Assembly (NCBI GenBank): GCA_043228905.1
Contig: JBHGNT010000006.1
Coordinates: forward strand, 2,046,001 to 2,110,000
Origin: Azolla caroliniana
Lineage: Eukaryota; Plantae; Polypodiophyta
Direction of reading: 5' to 3'
Length of the DNA stretch: 64,000 bases
Shown piece after piece: positions 11,912 to 23,618 of this stretch. The first letter of the stretch is position 1. Each line of letters opens with the position of its first letter. The position numbers and the translations under genes are program-made. Under the pieces are notes generated by a model that saw nothing but the letters and a program-made list of their open reading frames with translations, was not told the origin of the DNA and ran no database searches.

Positions 11912-14900
11912 TTACTCTGGAAGAAGAGGCAATCTATTGACACTTGTGCCACCATTTACCCCCAAGCTTTCTTGATCTTCTCCGATGTTGGCTACATCTC
12001 CATCACGGACTTTGTCATCACTTGCATTAACCCCATTTTCATGAGAATTCAAATTTATCTGAGGAAGAATTCTGATTCGTAAACTGTTCTCTGAACCAAC
12101 CATTTCTGTAGCTAGTTGGTAGCTCTCAATCAGCTTCATCTGGAGGCCAACAATCACCGACGACCTCGGATGTAGCTCCACAGGTTGACTTTTAGGTATT
12201 ACTATTTGCTCTATTGCCAGCCGTGCTTCCTAAAACAGGCAACAAGGTTATTAATTTAAGGTACATGTATACCAAAAGGAGCACCTACTGATTGAGCACC
12301 ATTTTGTGTGCTGAAGCATGTTGTAAAAATAGTAACTCAAGAAACTCTAGATTTCCTCACAAATTGTTGATTATAGAATCACAAGATTACCAAATTCTAA
12401 AATTAGAATATATATATAAACTTGACAACATAGTGGCAGAACTTTAACGTTAAGGGTTCAAGTCTCGAGCAATGGGGTTGATGTTGTGTTCATTCTTCCA
12501 TAATTCTAGTTTGAGATTATGCACTTACAATTTGCTCCTAAAGACAGCTTCATAACATGGGCATTCACATTTGCTTCAAAACGTGAGCATAAAACAATAG
12601 CAACATCACCCTTTAAATGACAATCGACATAAAATGTAATAATTCTATCCACTTTTAGCCATGGAATAGGAATAATTTTATCTGGCAGTAGGTAACGATT
12701 TTTTTATGTCTCCATGAAATCATTATCTATCTAGTCATATGAACCTGCCAGATATGAAAAGCATCACGTGACAGACGTCAGCATAGGGGCGGACATAGTT
12801 CATCAGATATGTTTCAAGGATTCTCTCAACATAGGCTATATGAACTGGATTAAGCAATGTAACGATGTAATCAGCTGGATTAAGCTTATGAAAGCAGGAT
12901 TCTTGCCAGTGCATTTATGTGTCTTTAAGAATTCTGTTTAGTCAGTGAAGTGCATTTATGTGTCTTTAAGAATTCTGTTTAGTCAGTGAAGTGCATTTAT
13001 GTGTCTTTAAGAATTCTGTTTAGTCAGTGAAGTGCATTTATGTGTCTTTAAGAATTCTGTTTAGTCAGTGAAGTGCATTAAGTGTTTAGGTCTGTCGTAA
13101 AGGTCCTGGTGATGGCATAGCTTTTTTGAAGGTTTACCTCAAGTGCATCAACTTCATCCTCCACTGTGGGTTTTCTGGTTGAGCCTGAAGGTTTTGGATT
13201 CCCTTGCGGTTTCACCTTGCTATCCTCTTTGTGTTTGGTGGGTGACAATGTATTCATTGTCCCCAGTGTTTCCATCCCCAGAATTGTTCGTAACGCCCTC
13301 ACCATCTGAGGCATCGTGTTAGCCTGAAACAAAAAACGAAATTGGCAATTATAAGATCTGTTTTATTTCTAGGATTTTCTCTGCATAATTTGCATGAGAA
13401 TAGTGTGGAATCAGTCTCATGATCCTGTCAGATGCCCAATATGTTAGATCTTAGACTACATATCATCCCAAGTGTCAAGATAGATACTCGCATGAAAGCA
13501 TAAATCACATAAATAATGAATGTGTGGATGTGAACCCTGTTTTGAAAAAGCTTTAGGGTTGTTCACTCTTAGTTTCTCTACAGGCTCTCAGCCAGTCACT
13601 TGTTTTGCCAATGCTATTGTGATCCATCATCATGAAATCATATTAGATAGCATTCTAGTCAAATATCCACCTTGAGATTTGAATGCTATTCTATGTTATA
13701 TATGAGAACATAGAAATAGAATATGATATTCACTAAATGGACCTTACATATGTATAGTTTTAACAAGGCCAGGTTTAATCATTGAACAATAAATCATACA
13801 CATAATTTTTAATCGTCGAGTTTGATCATTCGAAAATCGTTTTTCTCACCTTTATAGCAAATATGGGAAGTTGACGATATCGTGCTATCCCTCGAACCCA
13901 AGAGCTTTGTTTCAGCTTTGATCGTAATGCAATGACAGCATCAGCAGCTCCAATATCATCAGTTGGCAGAATTGCATCTTTTAAACCCATCACCTCAACA
14001 ACTTGCTCCAGACTTGATTCTGAAATCTGTAAATTTTCAAAATCAGAAACCATTTAAACATATATTGATCAACAAATGTAAAGTTTGTTGCAACTCAATG
14101 CTAGAATAAATAAATATGCAGTCTAGCAAAGTAAAGAAACGCCAGACTCAAATGCTTATTTTATAATATCCAGCACATGAGATATTAGCAAAGATTTTTC
14201 TTTCAGAATTTCCAACAAACATCTAAATAATAGCTTTCATACAGCCATGGATGGCACAAGATTGCACTTTGCAAAAATATAATAAAGCTAAGCAAACCCA
14301 ACCAAACCAGCATTGAGTGTATTCTTATCACTCAAAAGTAATGGAGTTATATCATTGCAACTCCTAATGACGCTTGTAGTTGGAAACAAATATCAATTTT
14401 CAAGCATAAGAGAGAACCTGAAATGGATAGAGAAGGAGGGGAGCATCTCCAGGTTGCCATAACTTTCCTGACTTTCCATCATTCGCTAGTACCTCGTCAT
14501 CAATGTCATCGTCATCTTCATCATCATCTGTACTTGATTCAAATCCACTCTTAGAATCAGAACGAACTTTTGCCTCAATAGAATCAGGCAATCTGCGATC
14601 TGAGGTAAATGTCCCATCCTCATTCATGTATCGTTCTTCATATAATGGACTCCGACCTATCTAGAATTAAAATAAATATGTAACCACATAGACATTTGAA
14701 CAAACAATAGAGAAGAAGAGAAAACATTATAGAAAACTCAAAATATACCAGCCAGTAGAGCATCTATAGTAGCAGCAAGGCTATAATGAATCCTCCACTC
14801 AGTTCGAGACAGCATCTCTGCAGCGGCAGTGAAGGTTGGTGGCCCTTTCCTCTCCAAAACACTCTTTTGTACTCCTCTCCTCCTTGCTTCGTCATCACCG

Positions 14901-17900
14901 AGTGTTACACTCTGTGTCCCATAAACAAACCACAAGCCCAATAGCTTTTAGATAAGGCATCAGCAAAAAAACAATAGAATGTTCATATAACAGTAGGGTA
15001 TACTCTATGTCTGATAGAAGTGCAACTATTGAATCTCTACATTACATCTTATACATAAGATGGCAAAGTAGTTTATGAGATCAAAGAATGACATACATAA
15101 AAAAAGAGAACATCAGTTGGCTGAAACAGTCACTACAAAATAATCCAGCAACCAAATAAAAAGGTGTCATTGAACTGAATAAGACTACTAGAACGAGAAC
15201 ATTACCTCTATTAGAATAAGATTCAACAGATACGCGATAAAAATAATGAATTTTTATCTTTATTATTACAAAAAGAGTTTGAAATGGGGAATCATGAACC
15301 TCACATTCAGATGAATACTTGACAAGAAAATGGATAGAATCCCTACCTGGATACCACCACCCAGCATTTGTAATGAAGGGTTCTTGATCAGATTCTCGAC
15401 TGACATTCCATGAGCAGTTGCAACAAGTTGCACTCCACGTTGTGCAATTGTGCCAGCAGCATGTGCTTCCAACTCTGTACCAATCTCATCAATAACAATA
15501 GTTTCAGGCATGTGATTCTCCACAGCTTCAATCATTATCTGTAAAATCAAACAATATTAAAATACCTTTTCTAAAAATAAGTATGATAAAGGAGTCAATG
15601 CATGAATGTCTTAATTCAATTGTGCATAAAAAAACACTCCTACCTTTTTTGTATTTATCAGGATTATCTATGCAGGAGTAAATTTCTGTGCTACATGAGG
15701 ATATTCATTAATTTTTTAACAATCAGGGGTTTTTAAGAAAATCTCCAAAATGGTAGGTGTTTTCAGTGTTTTTCCCTTCTAGCATCTCTGAGACATATTT
15801 TTTACTTTGTATAAAGAGGAATGCAAGAAAACTATAACAAGTATCCATGAAATTGTACAAAATGTACAATATAAATCTAGAAATCAAGGACCTACCACAA
15901 GCAAGGTTTCCTTTCACCACTATACTAATTATGTGCAAACATTGTGGAGCTTATGTTTTGTTTAATAATATCAAAAACCTTCCTAATAACTTATCTAGAC
16001 CCTCAAATTTTTGCAAATTCTTTCAGAATTATTGAAGCTGAGAACACTCACTTTATGTTGCATGTCAACGTAGGGAACTTGCATTCTCCTAGCACGACCA
16101 ATTCCAGCATGGGGAATCTCTCCATCACCCGCAATTTCATTCGATGTGTCAACGATCACTACCCTCTTGTTATATTCATCTGCAAGAAGCCGTGCTATCT
16201 CTCTGCATGAACCAAGATTTTTCAGTTGAATGCAGAGAAGGTTATCTTTACTCGGAAATTGGTAGAGTTAATCAATTTGAACTCCTGCACATATTGGTAA
16301 CTATTTCCACAAGGGTTGACAACATAACAAAACTAATTATTTCTAAAAGGATTCCACCCCTATCATGGATTGTAATCTTCAAAAATATATAATTTTGTAT
16401 ACCGTTTTGCCATATTTCTAAGCAATAAAGACAGAATTCAAACAGTGGTGGTGAAGATACAGAGGACTCATCCAAAATTCCACATCACCATCATTATTTG
16501 CAACAGAATGAAAAGATGTAGCATACTAGAGTGGACGGGTGGATACATGGACACACATCTCTAATGCCATGAGACTAACCATTTGCCACATCAGAGTATT
16601 ATCTCATATATTAGAAACTTGGACTAATAAAGCAACATGACTGGATAGAAAAGAGACCAAATACATAAGAAGAATATGCCATAGAAAATTTGCAATAGAA
16701 GAAAAATACATATGTTGAAGTCAAGAAGCAAACCTGATTGCTGTAGTTTTCCCAACACCAGGAGGCCCCATAAGCAAAAGTGAGCCCCCACTTTGTACAA
16801 GATCCCTTGCCATCTCCGCACTGCCAGAAATAGCTCGACCAACTCTGCATGTAAGGCCAACTATTCTCCCTGCTCTGTTCCTTATAGCACTGATTCGATG
16901 CAAAGTGCGATCAATCCCTGCACGATTGTCATCACCAAAGTCACCTACCTGTTGTAAATGCAGAATTAGATGTATTCTCTACTTCCTTCCATGAATTTCT
17001 AGTTAAAACTTTTTAACTTCAGTCATACATCAGATGACTTTAACTTTCTTGCAATCTCTTCTTACCAAAAAACAAAAACTCAAGTCATGCTTAGAAATCT
17101 CAGTGTCTTCTTTGTACTTCCATTGCTACCATGAATCAAATGGATGACAAACAACCAGGCCATAAATTCTTCTAATCACACAGTATTTCCATTCAGAACA
17201 TCAATTGAATGGGTAAAACTCATACAAAACTTTTCTTTTTCGAATCACAATGAGGGGGTCAATGTCCTCTTTGTTTGTGACATACTAAAGTTTGACTTCC
17301 ACTCATAACTTTGAACAAATGGGTAACTTTACCTTGATTATAAATACTTACAAAAATCTCTTCATTTTCAAATCACACTGAAAAAGCACCCCATGTCTTT
17401 CCTTGTTTTCAACAAGTTACAATTGGACTTTCATTTGCAACTTTTATCAAAAAATTGGCAGCTTTATCTTGACCAAAACTACTACAAAACGTTTTCTCTT
17501 TCAAATGATACAAAGAAGTCCTATGTCATTTTTGTTTGTGACACACGAGACTTTTATTTCCAGCCATAACCCCAACCAGATGGTGAGGGATAACTTTCGA
17601 TTATTATAAATCTCTATGAAAAACTTTTCCTTTTCAAATCACATAGACAAATTTCAGTTCTTCTTTGCTTGTCACACACTATCTCTAGACTTGTACTTAC
17701 ATCTAAAGGAATATATAGACCTATTTAACACTTTTTTGTATGAATAACTACATAGATCACCTTCTAATGAATGGGGGGCTTCCCTTGGTTATAAAGACTT
17801 ACATAAACACAAATCACATGGAGAAAGCTTGATGTTCATTGGGTGCATACATTATCATTAAATTTTATTTATAGTAAACTATTATGAAAGTTTATTGTTG

Positions 17901-19609
17901 CACATAATCATCAAAACTAGGACAAACTCTGAAATACCCCTGAATTTTTCTTTATTTCCCGAAACACCCTCAGTCAACCCCCAAAAAACAGAAAAAAGGG
18001 AACAATTGTCCATATAACAGTGACAAATATCGGGTGTATAATTGTTCGATAGGGGGTTGACCAAGGACATTTGGGTAGACAATGAAAACATTAGTTGACT
18101 TTGGTTAAACAAAGAAAAACTCTGAGGTATTTCAGAGTTTTTCCCATAAAGCGATACTTCCATTGGATGCGTACACTAACCAATCATAATAATATGTTCT
18201 CCTCTCTGGAGGACAACATAATCAATTTCTGACACATTATTATTAAACATAGACCTCCATGGGATGCATGCACTACACACCCACAATATTATGTTCTCTT
18301 TGCAGGCCACAGAGATGGTCTACAGCTGAAATATGAATCACAGTAGACAGTTTCAAGCTCGACCTCTTAGACATACTACCAATTATATAGTCATGAAAAC
18401 CCAATCTCTTAAGCACATTTTGAACTATACAAGTTAATTGAGAAAATTCAAGGTCTCACGTACACTTTTAAACATACATGTTAACCAATCACTCAAGCTC
18501 TTACACACACTTCCAAATATAAAACTTGACGATGAAAACTCAAGTTCTCACACACAATACAACTTAATCATCAAAACTCAAGTTCTCAGACACACTTCCA
18601 AATCATATGCAACCATAGAGTACAAGAATTCTTGATTAATAGAATCATATACAACAACCATTGAAACTTGTGAACTCTTCATAAGCAGAATATAACACAC
18701 AAAAATCCTGAAGTCTGAACATTCTTCATTAAAAAGTACTCCTTTCTTCCAAATAACATAACAATAACTGAGCGCATAGCTCCTCCTTACCAAACAATTT
18801 ATAGTCATTTAACATCAGAATACCACACCATATCACATACAAAAACCATTAAATGGCGAGAGGTTGGCATTACCAAAAAGTCATTGATCACGAGGACCAA
18901 GTAGGACACGCCATTCATTAAACAAATCAAGATTTCCTCCTTTACATAGAGATAGCTTGTTCTCAACACACAATTCTTCCAAGTCATATAAAATCATTGA
19001 CCATTTAAACACACACTTCTTCTGGCTAATACACTAGCATTTAACATGAAAAACTCCACATTAGTAAATCCTATACAGAAATCATTAAAACATAAGAATT
19101 CTACCTTCCAAAATTCAATATAAAAAAAAAAACCCAATTTGAGAATTATTCCGTACCAGAGAGATGGCTTGTTGTAGGTCTCCAGATGTGATAATCTCCT
19201 CTGACAAAACAAAATCTCCAGATGGGAATCGAGCCACAGGCCTGCGTCCCAAATCTAGCACGATCTCAACCAAGTGCGAGAATTCTGGATGTTCTTCTAT
19301 TCTCCTTCTAATATGAGAAGGAAGAAGTGCCAAGAGTTTCTCAAGCTCATTTCCTATAGAAGAGGGTCCTTCCTGAGAAGCACTGTTTTCACTATATTTG
19401 TTATTAGAGAATAACGTGTCTTGTCTTTTCGCGCAGGAGCTAAATGTATCTTGGGAAAACCCTAACCTTGTTGATCTGTTCCGCAGAGAGACACTATAGT
19501 TTGTTCTTGCTTTGAACCAGCAGCGCGAGAAAGGCTCTTTGTGATATTTCACAGGAAGAGAGGAAAAAAAGTGCGTGCACTGATGAGAAGAGAGACGCTC
19601 TGAAATCAT
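11912..19609 (-). CDS. ycf45-like / SEEDLING PLASTID DEVELOPMENT 1-like P-loop AAA ATPase (SpoIIIAA-like domain, degenerate R3H), 9 exons, ~697 aa
   Basis: Exons 19609-19157, 16948-16734, 16202-16052, 15538-15347, 14911-14749, 14656-14418, 14026-13850, 13323-13138 and 12229-11912 join in phase via GT-AG (2094 nt). Motifs: [35 protein letters not shown], Walker [21 protein letters not shown], Walker B IVIDEIG, ATAHG. The Ser/Arg-rich N-terminus fits a plastid transit peptide. Confidence 0.93.
12908..13079. repeat. 41-bp minisatellite, 4 perfect copies plus a partial, in the last intron of the ycf45-like gene
   Basis: agtgcatttatgtgtctttaagaattctgtttagtcagtga at 12908, 12949, 12990, 13031, partial at 13072. 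Confidence 0.97.
17205..17690. repeat. Diverged tandem array (~135-bp units, about 4 copies) in intron 1 of the ycf45-like gene
   Basis: Recurrent acaaaa..ttt..ttttcaaatcaca...atgtc..tttgtttgtgaca motifs near 17225, 17350, 17485 and 17620. Confidence 0.6.
17919..18145. mobile_element. MITE (~227 bp) with long imperfect terminal inverted repeats, Mutator-like
   Basis: Left end ggacaaactctgaaatacccctgaatttttctttattt. Reverse complement of the right end is gggaaaaactctgaaatacctcagagtttttctttgttt. Inner pair gtcaaccccc / gggggttgac. TSD not evident. Confidence 0.75.
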
Positions 19610-19829
19610 GGCGACCTCTCTCGTCTTCCCGCCACTCTGATTCTTCTTTCTCTCTGCTCTGGTTCGTCGTCGTCGTCGTCGTCGTCTCTCTCTCTCTCTC
19701 TCTCGTTTGTTGCCATCTTCTTTTATTATCCACTCGAAAAAATAAATAATAAAAAGGAAACCCGAATTTTCTTTATTTGATTGAATGCCCCCCCCCCATC
19801 CTCCTCCTCGTAGGCTTTCTTTTATTTCA

Positions 19830-20660
19830 GCACATGCCCTCCTATGTTTTTATTTACCCCCCCTCATGATGTGAACTCAATTGTCGGCTCTTTCTCTCTC
19901 TCCCTCAAGAACTCAATGTGATGTGATTTTAAAGAGGCAAATACCCTGGTGTTTTTGTTTATGTTCCCCAATGCCCGTGCTCTGTGTTTGCTCCATCTCC
20001 TCGATTGCCCTTGTTTAGTTTGTGCACTCTCTCAAGGAATTAGATTATGCTAGTTTTGAGACATTGTATGGTTGGTTCATCCTTTTTGTTTTCTTTTTAT
20101 TTCAAGAAATGCCCTTTTTCTTCTCATTATCTCCCTCCATGCCCTTCATGGCCCCACTCTTTGAAGGAATCAAATGTGTTATTTGTGTAAATTATGTAGT
20201 CAATTCTTCTTCTTTTTTCTCTTTTCTCTGTTTTCACAAAAGTCGTTATGTTTTTGTTATCACCTTTGTTTGTGTGATCCCCTAAGATACCCTTAGTCAA
20301 CCTACTCTCTTGAGGAATTTAATGTGCTATTTTTACACACATATATGGACAAATCATCCTCATTTTCTTAGTTTTCTATATTTCAACCAATATGTTTTCT
20401 TTGTCTCCTTGGATGTTATAATTTGTATGGTTGATTCATCTTTTTTCATTGTCTTTGCTTTATTCTAGAAAATGCCCTTATGTTTTCATTACCTCCCCGA
20501 ATACTCTTGGTCAACTTGCTCAATGCTCTCTTCAGATGCTAAATGTGTAACTTCAGCTATTATAATATCTATTCATGTCCCTTTTCTTTGCTTTATTATA
20601 TCATAAAGTGACCCTATATTTTCATTATCTTTCTCTCATCAAATGCCATTAACCAACTCT
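19830..20660. repeat. Diverged pyrimidine-rich tandem array upstream of the ycf45-like gene, probably TE-derived
   Basis: Repeating atgccct...ttttcatta(t/c)ctccc, gtcaac..ctctct..aggaat..aatgtg and ttgtatggttg(g/a)ttcatc motifs. Confidence 0.5.
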
Positions 20661-20699
20661 CCCTCTCTATCTCTCTCTATATTCATGGGAAACAAGCTA

Positions 20700-21395
20700 A
20701 AAGATCCAAAAGACACATAAAAGCAATTTTTTGTGTTCCAGTTAGATGCAATATATGAAAAAGTGGTTTGGTAGATGGGATGCAACACATTTGCTTCATG
20801 ACGCATCACTAGATTCCTCTGTAAATGAGGCCTTTTTGCAACGCCAATGTATCATGACATGGGGAAAATGTGGAGGCTCACGCTTCACACATTATACTAC
20901 ACATGTTGCACCTAACTACAAAACCATATTCTTCCCATAACGGGGAAACTGTACACATCGATACATGTTAGAGCCCATTCCGTTGGCTTCCATTCGAACC
21001 ATTACTTCCATGCGACTTAACTCACATGCATTGCAATGTGAGACAATACGTTGGGGGACAAGTGATGAGAGTGGTTGACTATGCACACTTTGCCCTAACC
21101 AAGTATGAGACCGTATCACACTTTGATACAATGTTGTGTCTTTGATCATATTCGACCATGCTTTCCACGCATCTTCAACCAAGCCCAATCTTTGCACGAA
21201 TTTCTCTCACAACCACAATGTGCACTCTCAATTGCAACATTCATTGGTAAAGTTCTTGAACATCGAGTGTCACTACTCACTTTCACATGTATCACGTGAA
21301 ATGTTATATTTTGGGTCTCATAGGTCATATTTGACCTCTGAAGACGATAATAGAATCCATCTATCTCTCTCTTGGGCATTATGTGTTGTATGAGT
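20700..21395 (+). mobile_element. Decayed LINE 3' fragment with CCHC zinc knuckle
   Basis: Near-continuous frame MKKWFGRW...IRTITSMRLNSHALQCETIRWGTSDESG*LCTLCPNQV*..YHTLIQCCVFDHIRPCFPRIF...IATFIGKVLEHR. RLxSHxLxxExxRW plus CxxC...H...C is typical of LINE ORF2 ends. Confidence 0.8.
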
Positions 21396-23253
21396 AATTA
21401 TCTATTTTTTCTCAATCTTGAAGGATTGATACATTCAACAAAAAAACATCAAATAGGATAATCATGGGAAAGAAGTAATCATTAGAAGTTTTAGTTTCCA
21501 AGTTATTCATTGTCATATTTTCATGATTTCATAAACATACTTCTAGTTCCAATCATTATTCGTGTGGCAAAGGTAAATAGGACATATGATTCCCTGCTTC
21601 TCAAGCTTTACATCCATGCACCAATTACAGATGCATATGGTTCAACTTAACAAACTCTATTGGCTAGGATGTACAACCAACGTCTAACTTAAATGTAGTA
21701 GTAGGTCCAATGTAAAATCAAATTGTTGAAAACTTGAACATAATAGTGTATTGATGTGAGTATGTGTCTCGTTATATTGTCAATGTTATCATTTGTTTTT
21801 ATTGGGATTTAGTTTCATACAAATAAACAAAATCCCTTACTATATGTATTGGGACCATAGATATTTTTATTGTGAAATCACACTTCATGTGCAAATGAGA
21901 TATTGGATCCTTTCAAGCTATGGCATTTGCACAACAACTAAAAATGCCAAGAACCAATCAAATAGGGTTTAACGTTCAAAAGGTCCAAATGAACAACAAA
22001 GTACACACACATGGGGTCTAGAAAAAACGAATTGACACTTTGCATTTGGTTGTGTGTGGCCTCATAAGTGTTTGTTGTTTTTAAATTACCTATGTTTATT
22101 GCTTGATGCGTCGACCTTCTCCTAGCGAGACAACCTTTAAAGGAACTCAGAGATATTGAAATAGATACGCTTACTTATTTGCAAAATCACTATACATGCA
22201 AGTCCAAACTTGAGGCTCTTAATCAATTGAAAGTGGAGATTAAGCATGAGTTTATAGATTTTCAAAAGCAATACACTAGTTTAGAGAGAGACAGAGAAAG
22301 CAAGACAAAGACAAAGAGAGACTGTGTGTGTGTGAGGGAGCAACAACTTAACATGCCAAATTGGATTGATTTAACATTTAATCCAATTCACTTCTAGTTA
22401 AGGTTGATAGATACTAATGGTTGTTTCTGATCGATTGAATCTAAGGTGGTGGTATTTTCTAGTTAGCATGCCCATTTTAATTCAAAACACCAATCACAAT
22501 TTAAGTCTTATATTGATAATCAAGTCATTGTCGATTTCTATATGGACATGGATTAGTAATTAAAGAACTTCAATTTATGAATCTCATTTCTAATATTATA
22601 TGGTTAACCTTACTTTGTCATGTTGTTGGTTGCCTCAACTTTGACCAATATGAAAGGTAGCTTTACAAATGAGCAAACACACAATTTTTTAGTTTCTCAC
22701 ACATATACACATACAAAGGTAATAATGTCCTCCTCATAGCTCTTATCGCAAGGTAGAAATGTGAACTAGTCAGACCAACTGCTTAGGTGAGAAATTCCTT
22801 GTGTTTATGGATGTGAGTTACAATGGGAGCCGAGTCCATGGGGCAACACCCTTTGGCTTGAGCTCTTTAGATGGAAAGGATGAATGGTTTTCGGGTATTT
22901 TCGATTAACAACATGTTATTTGTTATAGAGACCCGGGGGATTGGGGGAGGGTTGACAGTGCCCCTCACACAAACACATCACATTGTCGAAGTATTCAGTT
23001 ATCCTCATATAATTGATATACTAACCACGAAAGCCAAGAATGAGAAAAGCATGCGCTTCTTTTTCTTTTGTGAACATTGTAGTAAGGAAAGCATGATGCT
23101 TTTTTTTTTTCCTTTCTTTCTTTCTTGTTACTGTTTGTAAAAAAGCATACCATTACTCACTTTTCTCTCTGGACTTGCTTTTTTCTTGTTATTCCTGTAT
23201 AAACATGACTTCAAATACCCTGTTTCTTGTCAACTCATTTTTACTCATTGCGC

Positions 23254-23290
23254 CTTCTTCTTCTTCTTCTTCTTCTTCTTCTTCTTCTTC
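23254..23290. repeat. (CTT)12 microsatellite in the receptor kinase leader/promoter
   Basis: Seen directly. Confidence 0.95.
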
Positions 23291-23618
23291 AATCCTAGTG
23301 AAAGCATGAGCTCTCCAGTGCTCTCTGAATCATGAAGATGTCCCAAGTAAGTATAGTCCACCCTTTCCCAACTCATACATTCCTCTGATTTTATGTCCTC
23401 ACAAACGGAGCAAAAACAAGCCTGATGTTATCCATTATCTCTTTATAATGCCCTTTACTTGTGAAGATCAACAATAGGATCTATCAAACCCTAAACCCTA
23501 ATTACATGATGCTATGATCCATATAACACAGTATGGCAAATTATGTTTCTACAATCTTCTGGCTTTTCTTGTACACTTTTTAGATCACTTATCCCTCCTT
23601 ACTCAAAACAAATCTCCC

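Noticed and set aside
11912-12229. Loss of the Arg/His residues of the R3H motif in the ycf45-like protein
   Set aside because: As I recall, land-plant homologues are similarly degenerate, so it is probably not special to this gene. Not verified.
12908-13079. CRISPR-like appearance of the 41-bp repeats (also the 43-bp repeats at 60538)
   Set aside because: Units are head-to-tail with no unique spacers, there are no cas genes, and the context is eukaryotic. These are minisatellites.
23306-23335. uORF MSSPVLSES resembling the start of the S1-bZIP sucrose-responsive uORF
   Set aside because: Only 9 codons, lacks the conserved C-terminal part and precedes a kinase. Likely coincidence.
23514-23618. 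N-terminal 35 aa of the 934-aa ORF
   Set aside because: Mostly lies in a probable 5'UTR intron, and the signal peptide begins at Met 23619.
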